Part shown: positions 61,171 through 64,000 of the stretch, in pieces | Layout of the letters: the number at the start of each line of letters is the position of its first letter | Numbering within the stretch: the stretch's first letter is position 1 | Source of the DNA: Styela clava | Lineage: Eukaryota | Reading direction: 5' to 3' | DNA length: 64,000 bases | NCBI RefSeq assembly: GCF_964204865.1 | Contig: NC_135263.1 | Location: forward strand, 13,950,001 to 14,014,000 | Notes under the pieces: model-generated | Seen by the model: only the letters and a program-made list of their open reading frames with translations | Told to the model about the DNA's origin: nothing | Database searches by the model: none | Program-made: the position numbers and the translations under genes

Positions 61171-61681
61171 CTACCTCTTACGAAACGTCATTGTAGTACC
61201 TCCAAGGGAATAGCCATGGCCTTTCCAATGACACCCCATTAGAACCGGCTCTTGTATTGTCTTCTCCGTTGTAGTTTCCATTTAAATGAGACGCTATTTT
61301 CCTCTTGTAAAATCTGCGCAATGCAAATTCCATTTTTCGTTATCTTGATCTCGTGTTGAAAAAGGCATTCCATTCTGATACGCCATGGAATCTCCAGCAG
61401 TCCCACTGTAACCTCCTACATTCAACATGTAATTGGTAGATATAGCTTCGATGGAAAATGTGCTGAAAATGTCACCATATAAAAATATATGATGCTTCAA
61501 ATGGAATGCAAATTTTGTTATTCTTTTAATGTTGAATTTTTCATGATTATCTTTCATACAACTTTTAATCTCTCAATCAAAAATTCCAATGCATTTTTCC
61601 GATACACTCACATGCGAATACATACATTTATTATAAGATTCACTTGAAGACTTAAATGATCACCTGTATTTGACGTATGCT
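61171..61681 (-). pseudogene. Inverted paralogous FReD 3' fragment, truncated by a LINE
   Basis: Reverse-complement copy of about 60248-60766 including the intron (YMLNVGGYSGTAGDSM..QNGMPFSTRDQDNEKWNLHCADFTRG). A deletion removes GWWF..C and creates a stop. Homology ends abruptly at 61681. Confidence 0.85.
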
Positions 61682-64000
61682 TGGAGTATTTGGTTGTATT
61701 AAGGTACAACTAAATTGTGTCATTGCCAGCCCGCTCCAATTTTTGGTGTATTGGGAGTGGCCTCGCTTTCTTGAGTATTTTCTTTGTGGCCACCCCGGCG
61801 TTTCTATAACGAATTTTTTCTTAGTAATTCGTTATTGTTTTTGTTTGACTTGTTTTGTTCAGATAGTATTAGCTGTTAAACTTGTCTCCATTGTTGCCTT
61901 CGTTCCTGCACTACCATAAATAGTAGTTTAGTTATAAGTATAATACTGTAACTTTTTTCCAGCTGTTCTACAGGATTCTCCCCTGGTCGGAACATCTGGT
62001 TGTCTAACTTATTTCTTTCTTGGTCTTTTTGTGTCTGCCAGGACGCACTTGCCTCTCGGCACTGAATTGATTCAGAGTGTTCCTGGCAGTCGAAAGGCCA
62101 TGTCTACCCCGGCATCTTCTGTGACCCCAAAACCGCTTCTTCAAGCGTGGCGGCGTCACTTCATAAGGTGGTAAATGTCAAGGGGGTGAGGGTCTCTTGC
62201 GGCGAGTCGATAGTTGTCTCAACATCTCAAGACATACCGACCGCCGCGGCCTTTTTCGAGCTCTTCACTTCTGTGGAAAAACTGCGCCCTTTTAAATCCC
62301 TAGTTGAGGGTATTTTTCCCATTTGACAGGGTCTGTTGAATTTAACTTTCCAGTCCACAGATGGTGACTCTACGCGTGAAATATTCCTTAATAGTGTAAA
62401 TTTTCCAGACTTCATCAACATTGGTGGAGTACGCTGTAAGACGTACCTTCCTGAGGAGCTTTATGTAAAAACTTGCTTGAACTGTTTCCAATCTGGGCAT
62501 CTTGCTCGAGATTGTGTATTACCTCCGTCTTGTCGTCTCTGCAAGAAATCGGGGCATGTTCAGAGAGACTGTCCCGAGTTTTCAGCAGTGCCACCAGCTG
62601 AGAAACTCGGTAGCGACATACAACCTCGCACCAGTTCTCTTGATTTACCCGCGACATCCATCCCATCGACGCCAGCTAGATATAGCTTTTTCAAGATAGC
62701 AGCTAGCTCCTGATCGAAGCAGAGATCGTCTAAAAAGAAAAATAGGATGAAAGAAAAATAGGATAAAACATCCAATAAACACAACAAGTATTCCAGCCTG
62801 GTTAGAGTTGAATTGCAATATATCCCGGCTGAGGTACGTGAGATATCTGACTCTGTTGGGTCAGATCCTTCTCATGGGCAGGAAAAGTTGAATGATAATA
62901 AAAATAATATTTTAAACTCAGGAAAAAAACAAGATGAACCTGAAATAACAATAAATAATAATGAGAAGGAGGGATTGGGATTATTCCCGAATTGATAAAC
63001 AATCTGTCTTTCGGGACGAAAAAGGGGACGGGAGAGTTCGTCTAGTACATCAGACACCTCCCTTGTTCTGCCCCGAGTAAATCTAGATTTTTTCCGTCTT
63101 GCCTCCAGAGAAAGACGAATAATATAGGTCTAATTCTGTAAATTTCACCATTTCTATATTTATTACACCCTGGAAAAAGATTTGTCTTTTTGTGGATCTT
63201 GATTTCTGGCATTATCACTGCCTGTAATGATAAAAATAATATTATTATAATAACTATAATTGTGATTAATAACTTAATACATAATAGAGTTGGATTATGT
63301 TTTAATATAGTAATCCTAGTATTTTTTCCTCGCCTCTTTAGCAATGGCCTCCTTAAAAATAGCCACATTTAATATCAATGGGCTAGCTACTAATCGGCTT
63401 AAGTTAGCTCTCTGGCTTCAAAACCAGAGACCCGATATTATTGCTTTACAGCACATACACCGCTGTGAAAAAAATAATATTGATTCTTGGGCCAACGATC
63501 TGGATTACACTGCAAATCTTAATACCATCAACCATGAAGATGAAAACCATCAAATATTTTAAGTCTGGGACCGGGTTTCTGATTAAAAATAATATCTTAT
63601 TAACTGATGTTGAATATAAAAGTCTGAATCCCGATAGGCTTGACAGACTGGACTTTCTTACGATAACAATACTTACTACTGTATTGTTAATTCATATGTT
63701 CCGTCTATCAGAGGCCATGTCCAGACAATCTTCATGGAAAAGATGCGCAGTGTGATCCAGACCCTGGATCCTTTGCTACACGTAATTATAACTGGCGACT
63801 TTAACTCTGTCCTAGATGAGCGTGATGTTCTTAATAATCATCATTTCAAACTCTCTAGGGCAGAGAAAATACTAGCCTTCGCCATCCAAGCCTCTAGCAT
63901 GGTGGATATCTTTGGTAATAAATATCCTGCAGACAAATTGGGACCCAGTCACGAAGGATAGACAGAATTTACGTCTCTGAAAACCTCGTGACTGGTGTCA
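61682..64000 (+). mobile_element. Degraded Tx1/L1-clade non-LTR retrotransposon (5' part; continues beyond the window)
   Basis: ORF1 remnant from ~62100 with two CCHC knuckles (CLNCFQSGHLARDC, CRLCKKSGHVQRDC). ORF2 from 63344 is an APE endonuclease (LKIATFNINGL, PDIIALQ, ITGDFNSVL, IDRIYVS) broken by stops and frameshifts. Confidence 0.85.

Overview
AT-rich eukaryotic genomic DNA with short GT-AG introns. A tandem Pinhead-Admp pair and compact genes point to an invertebrate chordate, probably an ascidian (inference). From left to right: about 13 kb with no convincing gene and two MITEs; a 13-exon secreted trefoil/SEA/10xEGF/SEA mucin-like gene (+); an 11-exon SOGA/MTCL coiled-coil gene with a hydrophobic C-terminal tail (+); a very young full-length BEL/Pao LTR retrotransposon (-, TATGT TSD, 458-bp LTRs differing at one base) whose 5' LTR carries a 498-bp AT-TSD MITE; a single-exon secreted Cys-rich gene (+); Admp (-); Pinhead (-); an internally deleted hAT element; two tail-to-tail fibrinogen-domain pseudogenes; and a degraded Tx1/L1-like LINE running off the right edge. 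The most striking observation concerns the BEL/Pao element. It has no tRNA-type (TGG) primer-binding site. Instead, the 11 nt abutting its 5' LTR are the exact complement of a segment inside the 3' LTR copy, extendable to about 22 bp, and this site is triplicated in the 5' UTR. This suggests Tf1-like self-primed reverse transcription. Exon coordinates were read by eye from splice signals and reading frame, and no database searches were run.
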